DNA from: an uncultured virus (IMG/VR IMGVR_UViG_3300028581_001913)
Lineage: Duplodnaviria > Heunggongvirae > Uroviricota > Caudoviricetes
Virus record (IMG/VR): IMGVR_UViG_3300028581_001913
Reading direction: 5' to 3' (one strand)
DNA length: 64,000 bases
Part shown: piece by piece, positions 10,057 to 19,627 of the stretch
Numbering within the stretch: the first letter of the stretch is position 1
How the letters are laid out: the number at the start of each line of letters is the position of its first letter
Notes under the pieces: generated by a model
Database searches by the model: none
Seen by the model: the letters and a program-made list of their open reading frames with translations, nothing else
Told to the model about the DNA's origin: nothing
Made by a program: the position numbers and the translations under genes

Positions 10057-10635
10057 ATGAGTGCAGACATTGACATTGACGTTCCGGATCGTAGTCGGAT
10101 ATTACAACTGATTACTCACACACCTGCTAGACAGGTAGTAGATGGTCGCCCGCGTAAACATAACTCGGGTATCTACATCACAGACATTCCCCGAGATCCT
10201 GAACATGGCTGTGCTGCCATTGACTATGAATCAGCAGAACAGCGTGGCTACTTTAAAATTGACTTGTTGAACATGAGTGTGTATCAGTTGATCCAAGATC
10301 CTGCACACTACGAAGCCATGTTGTCAGCCGCACCTCCATGGGCTAGACTATGGACCAACCGACCCTGGGCCAGTCAGTTGGTTCACGTGGGCAACTACGT
10401 GGATTTGATGGTGGCTATGCAACCTGACTCGATACCCAGGATGGCTGCTTTTATTTCAATCATTAGACCGGGCAAAGCACACCTACAGCGACGGCCTTGG
10501 GATGAGGTATTTGCAAGTGTGTGGGACGGGGACGAATCGCGTGGATATACTTTTAAAAAGTCACACGCTGTGAGTTATGCTGCCTTGGTGGTCTTGCATA
10601 TGAATTTACTCAATACGGCGAACCAAAGTAATTGA
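10057..10635 (+). CDS. Miniature DnaE (Pol III alpha)-like protein
   Basis: ADIDID, KHNSG, YFKIDLLN, IIRPG and YTFKKSHA C-family motifs in only 192 aa. Confidence 0.7.
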   Translation: MSADIDIDVPDRSRILQLITHTPARQVVDGRPRKHNSGIYITDIPRDPEHGCAAIDYESAEQRGYFKIDLLNMSVYQLIQDPAHYEAMLSAAPPWARLWTNRPWASQLVHVGNYVDLMVAMQPDSIPRMAAFISIIRPGKAHLQRRPWDEVFASVWDGDESRGYTFKKSHAVSYAALVVLHMNLLNTANQSN

Positions 10636-10983
10636 TTTGCGCTTGCTCTTTTTGCGAGCAATGTCTATCAAACTGCACACAGGGCCATGCAAGATTTCAA
10701 GGTCTTTGTTGGAGAATGTGCGCAGAGTAAAACGGAATTGATCCCAATCTCCACGCAGGAATATGTTGATGGGTATGCTACGATTGCTTTCCCACCACCA
10801 AGTATTGGCCAGTTCCAAAAACTCTAATTTGTCTTGTTGTGTGAGCACAGCACCAAAGTCGTAGATGGTTGTAACAGCATCGTCTCTGTTTTGAACTACT
10901 CCAATGTACTCGTTGCTGGCGTAAACGCAAAGAGTTATAAAGGGGTATTTTTCCGCCAGTTTTTCAAAGATGTTATTACCCAT
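10606..10983 (-). CDS. Phage hypothetical protein
   Basis: 125-aa ORF with WWWESNRSIPINIFL. Confidence 0.65.
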   Translation of the reverse strand: MGNNIFEKLAEKYPFITLCVYASNEYIGVVQNRDDAVTTIYDFGAVLTQQDKLEFLELANTWWWESNRSIPINIFLRGDWDQFRFTLRTFSNKDLEILHGPVCSLIDIARKKSKRKSITLVRRIE

Positions 10984-11003
10984 AAATACGTGTCGAGGAT
11001 CCT

Positions 11004-12083
11004 ATGTATTCAACCACTGCTTACTTATATCAACAAATCATTCGGGTGCTTTTGATTGACACCAGTGGTGGATACTTTACTGCGAGGTACGACCCAGTGT
11101 ACGCAAAAACTTTAACTGTAAACAAAGGTGTAGACAACGTGCTGTTGTTTGAATTCATCAACCAAGACCAAAAACCTGTGAACATCACGGGCAGCACATT
11201 TCGCTTTAGATTGTTGAACCAAACTGGCGATGAATTATTGATCGAAAAAGACATGACTGTACTTAGCGCCACGTTAGGTAGGGTCAAAGTTGTATTAGAC
11301 ACAGCTGATACCATCAACATCCTAGCACAACCTGCCAGTTACAGCATTGAGCGCACCCAAGGCAATTACATACAGGCAGCATTTACAGACGACAATGCAG
11401 GTGCCAGAGCCGACTGCGACATTGTGGATTCAGTATTGCCACAATTTGTAGCCAGTCAACCGGTGACAATTCCCACTATAAATGGCAAAAATTCTTGGCC
11501 GCAACCTGGACCACAATCGTGGCCGGACTGGGCACTGAATCCGCAACCACTGTCACGCAACTATTTGACAGAATACTACTCAAGTTACATCAACACCACT
11601 GGTGCCAGTTTGACCACCATCAAGTATGATCTGGATCATTACACCGGCACCCTCAAAGTGCAGGCAGCACAGGATTACGAAGCTGTCTGGGTAGATGTCA
11701 CAGAAAGCCGCGAGTATTTTGACGAGTCTGGAACCTTTTACATCAATGTTGTGGGTTTTCACCCACTGTTGCGCCTGGCCATCAACAACAGTCAAGGTTA
11801 TGGTGCGTCAGCTACTGCCACAGTGGTAGATGGAGTGGTAACTGGTATTGCGGTGAACAATGCTGGCATGGGATACATGGCAGCACCTTATGTTCAAATA
11901 TTAGGCAATGGTGCCGGCGCTACAGCTATTGCCGCACCATTTACAGGTCCCAGCGGCATTGGGCAAATCACTGTGACAAATGGTGGATCCGGTTACCTGC
12001 CATTGAATTTTGGTGGTACCGAAGCACAGGCTGTGACTGTGCTGATCACAACTGGCTACGTGACCAATATCTTTTATCGTTAA
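11004..12083 (+). CDS. Probable virion (baseplate/tail-associated) protein
   Basis: Beta-rich, with ITVTNGGSGY-type repeats. Follows TAAATA at 10983. Confidence 0.55.
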   Translation: MYSTTAYLYQQIIRVLLIDTSGGYFTARYDPVYAKTLTVNKGVDNVLLFEFINQDQKPVNITGSTFRFRLLNQTGDELLIEKDMTVLSATLGRVKVVLDTADTINILAQPASYSIERTQGNYIQAAFTDDNAGARADCDIVDSVLPQFVASQPVTIPTINGKNSWPQPGPQSWPDWALNPQPLSRNYLTEYYSSYINTTGASLTTIKYDLDHYTGTLKVQAAQDYEAVWVDVTESREYFDESGTFYINVVGFHPLLRLAINNSQGYGASATATVVDGVVTGIAVNNAGMGYMAAPYVQILGNGAGATAIAAPFTGPSGIGQITVTNGGSGYLPLNFGGTEAQAVTVLITTGYVTNIFYR

Positions 12084-12115
12084 TTTGTTTTAACTGTTAG
12101 ATGATAAATAGATGT

Positions 12116-12747
12116 ATGAAATACATCTATCTTATAACTTCTCCGTCTGGTAAACAATACGTAGGCAAAAGCAAAAGTCAGTATTGTATCAATCTGCAGC
12201 CAAATATTTCCCTAACATTAAACGTCCAATCCTTGAGTCTATTAGAAAATATAGTTGGGATAAAATGCAATTTTGTATAATTGAGCGTAACGATAATTGG
12301 ACTTCTGATGAACTAAATGAAAGAGAAAAATATTGGATACAGAATTATAATACATTAAACGCCGGGTACAATGTCACTGCCGGTGGCGACGGTCATGATT
12401 CAGAATCTGCAAAAATATTTTGGCAAAATGTGTCTGAAGAATGGAAAAAACAACGAGCCGCAAATTGTAGCATCGGTCAAAAACAACGTTATGCTAGATC
12501 CACAGATTCCAACCAAACAAGAAAAAGAAAAAGTGATGCTCACAAAGGAACTTATCAAATTACATCTCCGGATGGCAAAGAATGGGTCACAACTCTCGGA
12601 CTTAAGGAATTTGCTGAAACACATAAAAACGAAATAAAAATAACGTATTGGGGGTTGTTCTCGGCCTATAGAAAATGCTATAATAACGTAGAAGCAACAG
12701 TTAAAAGAAAAAACGAGAACCGGTGGAAAGTAATACGCATTGATTGA
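12116..12747 (+). pseudogene. Frameshifted GIY-YIG homing endonuclease
   Basis: ATG 12116 gives MKYIYLITSPSGKQYVGKS. The remainder (LNEREKYWI, GYNVTAGG) is in another frame (ORF 12184..12747). Confidence 0.7.
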
Positions 12748-13729
12748 TATCATATCTTATTGGAAACAAGGAAGAAAAACCAAACAAACGCCGTCTGGCT
12801 GGATCTCCGGTAACGCCCCGTGTTGCATACATAATGGTCAGAGCGTTGACAAACGCAGTCGTGGTGGACTAAAAGTTACTGATCAGAGTTGGAGTTATTC
12901 ATGTTTCAACTGCTCGTACACAGCCAGTTTTATCTTGGGCCGATCTGTAAGTTACAAAGCTCGAAAGTTATTGGGCTGGATGAATGTTCCTGAAGTAGAA
13001 ATAGAGATGCTGAATCTGGAAAGTCTGCGGCATCGAAGCATCAATGGCATACTAGAAGATCGACAACAGATGTGGAACACGCTCAGTGGTGTCACATTTG
13101 AAGAACGAGACTTGCCACCTTTTGCTGAACTGCTGACACCCGAACACAAATTCTACTGGGACTATGTGCGTGGCAGACATGTGCCAGAAGACTTTCCTGT
13201 CATGGTGCAGATACAAAACAACGGCATCCATTGGACAAGATTGCATGTGGTCATACCATTCACTTATGACAACAAGATTGTGGGATACACTTGCAGATTT
13301 TTAGATGACCGGCAGCCCAAGTTCATCAGTGACAGTCAACCTGGTTATGTGTTCGGCACAGATTTGCAACACTCAGATTGGCAGCATGTGATTGTGACAG
13401 AAGGCATCTTTGATGCACTCAGCATAGGTGGTGTGGCAGTGATGCACAACACCATAAATGATGCACAGGCAAGATTGATACGCAGTTTAGACAAATCCAT
13501 AACTGTGGTACCCGACCAGGACCAGGCAGGTGTTGAACTCGTTGACCGTGCAGTGGAATTGGGATGGGCGGTGAGCATACCTGACTGGCCTGCGGGCTGT
13601 AAAGACGTCAATGATGCTGTGATAAAGTTGGGTCGATTGGGAGCTCTACTAACTATAATGCAATCGCGAGAAACCAGTAGAATCAAAATAGAACTGAGGA
13701 AGAAGCAACTTGCTAAAAGAATACAATAA
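12740..13729 (+). CDS. DNA primase (zinc-binding plus Toprim)
   Basis: NAPCC..H, CFNC, VTEGIFDA, VPDQD and KDVND. TTG start. Confidence 0.85.
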   Translation: MIDIISYWKQGRKTKQTPSGWISGNAPCCIHNGQSVDKRSRGGLKVTDQSWSYSCFNCSYTASFILGRSVSYKARKLLGWMNVPEVEIEMLNLESLRHRSINGILEDRQQMWNTLSGVTFEERDLPPFAELLTPEHKFYWDYVRGRHVPEDFPVMVQIQNNGIHWTRLHVVIPFTYDNKIVGYTCRFLDDRQPKFISDSQPGYVFGTDLQHSDWQHVIVTEGIFDALSIGGVAVMHNTINDAQARLIRSLDKSITVVPDQDQAGVELVDRAVELGWAVSIPDWPAGCKDVNDAVIKLGRLGALLTIMQSRETSRIKIELRKKQLAKRIQ

Positions 13730-14423
13730 ACTTTGGGTGTTTGGCGACAGTTACACTACTCCAGGAGTGTGTGTAAATTCACAAGATAGTTTCTGGGGGT
13801 TGATTGCACAACACTTTAAAATAAGTTCTATTAAAAATTGCTCAAAACCGGTTAACAGTTTTGACAGCGTGTGTCACTTATTAATCAGTATGCAAGATCA
13901 ATATAACTGGGATCATGATTTATTTTTAATTGGAATTCCGCCATTGGAAAGAATCACAGTATTTGATAATTTTAAAGATACTGCATACTTTGGGCACGAG
14001 ATTGATACTAATACCTGGAAGAGTAATCGTTTCAAAATCCCATACCATCACGGATTGATTGGAATGCAAAATTATGGCAGCGATAAAAAATTAATTATCC
14101 ACAGCGATAGGTCTTGGGTGGAAACGCAAGCATTGCGAACTATATTTTTATTGACAACCTGGTTGGATTCAAAAAATGCCAATTATCTTATAGTAAATTT
14201 ATCAAAACCATTTGACAAAGATAACTTGTGGGGGCCAAGTGAATTTGTATTGCCATTTTGTCAAAATCACAGTAGATGCATACTGTTCGAAGATACCTAT
14301 TACTCTGTAAATGTAAACCTCAACGAGCCAGCAGATTTTAAACAATACGGATGGAATGGACATCATGGACCAGTGGGTAACGCACATTTTTTTGAGAGCA
14401 GTATAAAGGACAAATTTTGTTAA
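13710..14423 (+). CDS. GDS-motif (SGNH-like) protein, AT-rich insert
   Basis: VFGDSYT and C-terminal GHHGPVGN. Flanked by a 15-bp direct repeat. Confidence 0.55.
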   Translation: MLKEYNKLWVFGDSYTTPGVCVNSQDSFWGLIAQHFKISSIKNCSKPVNSFDSVCHLLISMQDQYNWDHDLFLIGIPPLERITVFDNFKDTAYFGHEIDTNTWKSNRFKIPYHHGLIGMQNYGSDKKLIIHSDRSWVETQALRTIFLLTTWLDSKNANYLIVNLSKPFDKDNLWGPSEFVLPFCQNHSRCILFEDTYYSVNVNLNEPADFKQYGWNGHHGPVGNAHFFESSIKDKFC

Positions 14424-15838
14424 AAGAATACGGACTTGACGTTCAGCGGCTATTTTTAGAAATGATGTTGGAAGATGCACAGAGTTATGTGCGTGTTCAA
14501 AACATCTACAACCCGCAGAACTTTGACAAGAGCCTGCGAGCCGCGGCTGAGTTCATAAAAGAACATTCAGACAAGCACAAGACCTTGCCTGATCGTACAC
14601 AGATCTCAGCCACCACAGGCATTAAGCTACAAGCAGTGCCTGATCTTAACGAAGGCCACTTTGATTGGTTCATGGGCGAGTTTGAACAGTTCACCAAGCG
14701 TCAAGAACTAGAACGTGCCATTTTAAAAGCCGCAGACATGCTGGAAAAAGGCGACTTTGAGCCTGTGGAAAAACTGATCAAAGACGCAGTACAGATATCT
14801 CTGACTCGGGATATGGGCACAGATTACTTTGCAGATCCAGCAGCTCGTATCAACAAGTATTTCAACTCAGGTGGACAAGTGTCAACAGGCTGGCCACAAC
14901 TGGACAGATTGCTGTATGGTGGGTTCAGTCGCGGTGAACTCAACATCTTTGCAGGAGGATCAGGCTCAGGCAAGAGTCTTGTGATGATGAACATTGCACT
15001 GAACTGGTTGCAACAGGGATTGAGTGGTGTGTACATTACACTGGAACTGAGCGAAGAACTCACAAGTTTGCGAACAGATGCTATGTTGACCAACATGAGC
15101 ACCAAGGACATTCGCCGAGACATTGACACAACAGAACTCAAGGTCAAACTGGTGGCCAAGAAGTCTGGCAATTATCAAGTCAAAGGCTTGCCAGCACAGA
15201 GCAACATCAACGACATACGTGCGTATTTGAAAGAGTATCAAATACAAACAGGTCGGCGTGTGGACTTTGTGATGGTTGACTACTTGGACCTGCTGATGCC
15301 TGTGAGTGCCAAAGTCAGCCCCAACGACTTGTTTGTGAAAGACAAGTATGTGAGTGAAGAACTGCGCAACTTGGCCAAGGAACTGGGATTCTTGATGGTA
15401 ACAGCTTCGCAGTTGAATCGATCAGCTGTGGAAGAAATTGAATTTGATCACAGTCATATTTCAGGTGGTATTAGTAAAATCAACACAGCAGACAATGTGT
15501 TTGGTATCTTTACAAGTCGTGCCATGAAAGAGCGTGGCAAGTATCAGATACAATGTATGAAGTCTCGAAGCTCGACCGGCGTTGGTCAAAAAATTGATTT
15601 GGAGTACAACATTGAAACCATGCGCATTACTGACGAAGGCGGAGAAGATGGAGATGTTTATTCAAAGAAACCATCTGCGTCAATCATGGACTCAATCAAA
15701 GCCCGCAGTCAAGTTAGCCCGGCTAGTGGTGAGTCAGACCCTGCTCCATGGAACAGTTCGGACTCAGCACCCAAAGTCACGGCAGATGTTCAGAGTGCAA
15801 AACTAAAACTACTGCTGGGCAAAATTAAAACATCATGA
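14417..15838 (+). CDS. DnaB-like replicative helicase (T4 gp41-like)
   Basis: GGSGSGKS, ITLELSE, VDYLDL, TASQLNR and MKSR motifs. Confidence 0.9.
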   Translation: MLKEYGLDVQRLFLEMMLEDAQSYVRVQNIYNPQNFDKSLRAAAEFIKEHSDKHKTLPDRTQISATTGIKLQAVPDLNEGHFDWFMGEFEQFTKRQELERAILKAADMLEKGDFEPVEKLIKDAVQISLTRDMGTDYFADPAARINKYFNSGGQVSTGWPQLDRLLYGGFSRGELNIFAGGSGSGKSLVMMNIALNWLQQGLSGVYITLELSEELTSLRTDAMLTNMSTKDIRRDIDTTELKVKLVAKKSGNYQVKGLPAQSNINDIRAYLKEYQIQTGRRVDFVMVDYLDLLMPVSAKVSPNDLFVKDKYVSEELRNLAKELGFLMVTASQLNRSAVEEIEFDHSHISGGISKINTADNVFGIFTSRAMKERGKYQIQCMKSRSSTGVGQKIDLEYNIETMRITDEGGEDGDVYSKKPSASIMDSIKARSQVSPASGESDPAPWNSSDSAPKVTADVQSAKLKLLLGKIKTS

Positions 15839-16932
15839 ACTCTCGTTATTGTCCAAGGATATATCACGGGCTTGTATTGAGTAGCGATACAAATAATGCA
15901 GTGAAGTATGCTCCGTGTTGTTTGATGCAGGATTTTACATCAGAATCCTTTGTTAATTTTTATCACGATGACTTAGTCAATTTGCGCGAATTAAATCAAC
16001 AAAATATACTACCTGAGACACTGTGCCAAGTGTGCATATCTCAAGAAAAAGCCGGCGCACAAAGCATGCGTCAAGGTCTTTTGATAACACACGGAAAACC
16101 CACATTTGAACCCAGTGTACAATATCTTGACATCAACATAGATTATGCTTGTAATCTAGCATGTGTAACATGCGGCCCAGAATCAAGCACCACTTGGCGC
16201 AATGAACTTGGTATTAAAAATATCTTGATTAGATCAAAAATTGATCAATTTTTAGAAACGAAACTTGAACCATTGGATTTGTCAGAGCTAAAAGAAATCA
16301 AAATTTGGGGTGGCGAACCTTTTTTGACAAATACACATATGCAATTGCTTGAGTATGTTACAAGACGTACCGATGCATCAAAAATCAAATTGATGTACAA
16401 TACCAATGGTACGAGATTAATAGATGATTATACAAAAAAGTTAATTGAAAAATTTAAATTTTGTAGAATCAGTTTTAGCATTGATGCTGTCAACGAACAA
16501 TTTGAATATTTGCGCTATCCAGCAAAATGGAAAGAAGTAGAAAACAATTTGATGTGGTGGAAAAACAATTTGCCACAGAATGCCATGTTATCAATGACTG
16601 TTACTGCTAGTATTTTAAATGTGCTTGAATTAAATTCAGTGTTTGATTGGCAACAAAAAAATTTTTCAAAGTCTATATTTGGAGATGATATTGAAATTAA
16701 TGTTCATCAAGCCTGGGGAACATACAGTGTAGAATACATGCCAGAAAAAATGGTTACCTACTTTCAAAATATGCAAAACTATTGTCAACCATGGTTGCAA
16801 AAATTAGATTTTTTAGGCAATGCATCACATGAAGTTGATAAAGTGGCACAACAATTGCGCATATTGGATCAGCGCCGCAAATTGAATTCTGAAAAAGTCT
16901 TTCCGAAGATGTATGCATTTCTTAATTATTAA
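15835..16932 (+). CDS. Radical SAM protein (twitch/SPASM-like N-terminus)
   Basis: CNLACVTC, WGGEPFL, YNTNGT and FSIDA motifs. Confidence 0.85.
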   Translation: MNSRYCPRIYHGLVLSSDTNNAVKYAPCCLMQDFTSESFVNFYHDDLVNLRELNQQNILPETLCQVCISQEKAGAQSMRQGLLITHGKPTFEPSVQYLDINIDYACNLACVTCGPESSTTWRNELGIKNILIRSKIDQFLETKLEPLDLSELKEIKIWGGEPFLTNTHMQLLEYVTRRTDASKIKLMYNTNGTRLIDDYTKKLIEKFKFCRISFSIDAVNEQFEYLRYPAKWKEVENNLMWWKNNLPQNAMLSMTVTASILNVLELNSVFDWQQKNFSKSIFGDDIEINVHQAWGTYSVEYMPEKMVTYFQNMQNYCQPWLQKLDFLGNASHEVDKVAQQLRILDQRRKLNSEKVFPKMYAFLNY

Positions 16933-18306
16933 TTAAGTTGCAGTGGTCACAGCAGTCCATGTGCTGGCACCATTGGTGTTGACATACAACCTGTTGTTGG
17001 TTGTGGAGCCATCTGTGCGCAAATACAGTGATCCTTGAGCGGCGGTCAATGTGGGTGCACCTGAACCAAAAAATATGCCAAGATTGGCTGTGCTGGACAT
17101 TTTGTAACCTGCACCTGCTGTGCCTCCTGCTGGAATAGCAGTTCCAGAAAGTATGGTGGCTGCACCCACAGCAGATACTATTGCACTGCTGAGTACATTG
17201 CCGCCAGTGATATTGCCCGTGACAGTTATTAAACCTGCAGTATTGACATTGCCACCAGTGACATTGCCTGTGGCTGACATCTGCCCAGTTGTGCGCAAGT
17301 TGCCACCTGTGACATTGCCTGTTGCGCTGGTAAAACCACCAGTGAGAATATTGCCACCAGATATGTTGGCTGTGGTTGTGACATTGGCAGTGGTGTTGAT
17401 GGCACTGAGTATGTTGCCGCTCAAGCTCAGTGTGGTGGAAAGCAAGTTGCCACCGGTGACATTGCCTGTGGCAGACACCAAGCCCACAGTGCGCAAATTA
17501 CCACCTGTGACATTTCCGGTGGCACTGACCAATCCGCCAGTGAGCAAGTTGCCAGCAGTGACATTGCCTGTGAATGTAGAACCAGTTACCACAATGTTGC
17601 CCACAATGTCGCCGGTCACATACAGATTGCCACTAACGCCCACACCGCCGGCCACAATCAACGCACCAGAGCCTGCATTGGTGCTCACAGCAGTGTTGGC
17701 AATGGCCACTGTGTTGGTGTAAAAGTTTAATGGTCTAGTAAAATCATAAATGACAATTGTGGTGCCAGCATCAATGGTGCTAAAACCAAATTCAAATACA
17801 CCAGCAGTGGCAAATGTCAATACACTGGATACTAGTCCTTGTATGGCAGTTGTGCCCTGTGAAACACTCACAGGCAAGGTCATGGTACGACCAGCAGCAT
17901 CCACAGTCACTCGCAATCGTATCATGCCAAATGTGCCCACTGGCGGCCAAGTGGCAGCAGTAAACGTCAGAATAATATTGCCAGTGATTGCAATAGTCTG
18001 ATAAGGTCCAGCATTGCAGTCTATGGCAACTGTGCCTGATGTGGCTGCAATGGCAACCACAGTGCCCGACATGCCACGAACTTGGGCATTGTAGATCACA
18101 TTGTTGGCCATGTTGTTGTCCAAAGTTGTGCCCGTCAGTGCAGCTTTGAACACACCTTTTGACTGCAGTTCAGTAATTTCGTCCTCTGCATATTGAAAAT
18201 TCTGTTTGATATTAGTAAAATTATCACGCATGCCCTGCGTGTTGTTGCTGACACCTGCAACAGGATATTGGCCGTCTATGTTGTTGGGATTGATCTGACT
18301 GGTCAT
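16933..18306 (-). CDS. Probable tail fibre / virion fibre protein
   Basis: N-terminal YPVAG..N..QGMRDNF. Repeated SATGNVTGGNL units. C-terminal GSLYLRTDG. Confidence 0.65.
   Translation of the reverse strand: MTSQINPNNIDGQYPVAGVSNNTQGMRDNFTNIKQNFQYAEDEITELQSKGVFKAALTGTTLDNNMANNVIYNAQVRGMSGTVVAIAATSGTVAIDCNAGPYQTIAITGNIILTFTAATWPPVGTFGMIRLRVTVDAAGRTMTLPVSVSQGTTAIQGLVSSVLTFATAGVFEFGFSTIDAGTTIVIYDFTRPLNFYTNTVAIANTAVSTNAGSGALIVAGGVGVSGNLYVTGDIVGNIVVTGSTFTGNVTAGNLLTGGLVSATGNVTGGNLRTVGLVSATGNVTGGNLLSTTLSLSGNILSAINTTANVTTTANISGGNILTGGFTSATGNVTGGNLRTTGQMSATGNVTGGNVNTAGLITVTGNITGGNVLSSAIVSAVGAATILSGTAIPAGGTAGAGYKMSSTANLGIFFGSGAPTLTAAQGSLYLRTDGSTTNNRLYVNTNGASTWTAVTTAT
17170..17620 (-). repeat. Degenerate ~17-aa coding repeats (xSATGNVTGGNLxT)
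   Basis: Recurring GTGACATTGCCTGT-like units. Boundaries approximate. Confidence 0.7.
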
Positions 18307-18375
18307 GCTGGTTCCTTGTATGAGATATTTATTGCAACTGCATTTCCGCTAAATAATCCAAAGGCCCTTGAGCAA

Positions 18376-18624
18376 ATGCAAAAGAAAACCAAAAGCATAT
18401 TGGAAGAACTGGACAGTTTGTACATAGAACGTGATCGCAAAGCCATCATAGAAACTCGCGCCAGCAATCTAATTGAAACTGCCATTCGTTTGCTGGAACA
18501 AATTGACGCTGAGTTTTCTGCTGAACAAGCGGAAAATCTTCAGCGCAAACTGCTGAATGCAATACGTCACAGAGACACCAGCAAGTTCTCAAGGAGCGTC
18601 AGGAGAACCCATGCAGATCTTTGA
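18376..18624 (+). CDS. Late hypothetical protein
   Basis: MQKKTKSILEELD..., downstream of TAAATA at about 18350. Confidence 0.65.
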   Translation: MQKKTKSILEELDSLYIERDRKAIIETRASNLIETAIRLLEQIDAEFSAEQAENLQRKLLNAIRHRDTSKFSRSVRRTHADL

Positions 18625-19627
18625 ACTTACACAACCAGTGAATGAAATTGACTGGGGCGCCACCGCCAAGGCTGTGGGCAATAGAATTTTGCAAGCACCA
18701 GTTCGTGCGCTGGGGCAACGAGTTGGGCAGGACTTGTTGCCCCCAGAGGACGACGAAACTCCTAGACAACAGGCCAGAGCTAGTCAAACATATTTTGATG
18801 CTGCGGCAAAAATGATAAAATATGGAGTTGACGTCCCAGACATGATAAAGCGACTGGTGGACAAATATGGTGCCACTAGAGATGAAGCCATGACTGCAAT
18901 AGACAATGCACTAGACTTCATTGAGAATGAAAATCTTCGTTATGGTCCAACGACTGCAACCCAAACACAACAACCAGCATCAACAAATACAAATCAAGCA
19001 CAATCTTCGGCTGCTGCAACAACACCGCAATCTGCTGCACCTGTAGTACCATCAACACCAGAACAACTACGCATAGCCAAACAACGTGCAGCCGCGGCCA
19101 GAGCAGATATTGAAGCAATGCCAGTGGCCCCAGCTGCAACGCCGTTGAGTCAAATGAGTCCTGAACAACAGCGTATCATGAAACAAAAGTTTGCTGGTTC
19201 TATGGCACGGGCACAAATGTCTGGCAGTCCAAAACCACCACCCACAAATTATGGCACTACTGTGGGCCCAGCAGTAAAGCCACAGATGACAGCTACTCCT
19301 GCATTAAACATGCCGGTGACAAAAACAAATTTGTCAGCACCTTCCAATGTGGTGCCTATCAAACCTGGCATGATGCCAGCCACCACTGCGGCACCGGCAG
19401 CGCAAAAACCGACAACTGCTCAACAACAGTCTGACGTAGCACAGGGATTGATAAGTTTAGGGTATAAACCAAAACAAGCTACAGCAATGGCAGCCAAAGT
19501 TCCGCCAGGAACACCTGAACAAGATGCTATAAAATTAGCACTTGCAGGTAAACTTAACGAATCCTTGACCTGGAGCCGCAGCTTTGACCCCAGTTCTACG
19601 CTATTGAAAAAAATTAGACAACTATGA
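18611..19627 (+). CDS. Ala/Pro/Thr/Gln-rich probable head-internal protein with a RuvA C-terminal-like domain
   Basis: AGGAG SD. Starts MQIFE. C-terminal SDVAQGLISLGYKPKQATAMAAKV...EQDAIKLAL. Confidence 0.55.
   Translation: MQIFELTQPVNEIDWGATAKAVGNRILQAPVRALGQRVGQDLLPPEDDETPRQQARASQTYFDAAAKMIKYGVDVPDMIKRLVDKYGATRDEAMTAIDNALDFIENENLRYGPTTATQTQQPASTNTNQAQSSAAATTPQSAAPVVPSTPEQLRIAKQRAAAARADIEAMPVAPAATPLSQMSPEQQRIMKQKFAGSMARAQMSGSPKPPPTNYGTTVGPAVKPQMTATPALNMPVTKTNLSAPSNVVPIKPGMMPATTAAPAAQKPTTAQQQSDVAQGLISLGYKPKQATAMAAKVPPGTPEQDAIKLALAGKLNESLTWSRSFDPSSTLLKKIRQL

Noticed and set aside
17120..18001. Plus-strand ORFs rich in LPPVTLPV repeats
   Set aside because: These are the antisense shadow of the GNVTGGN-repeat fibre gene.
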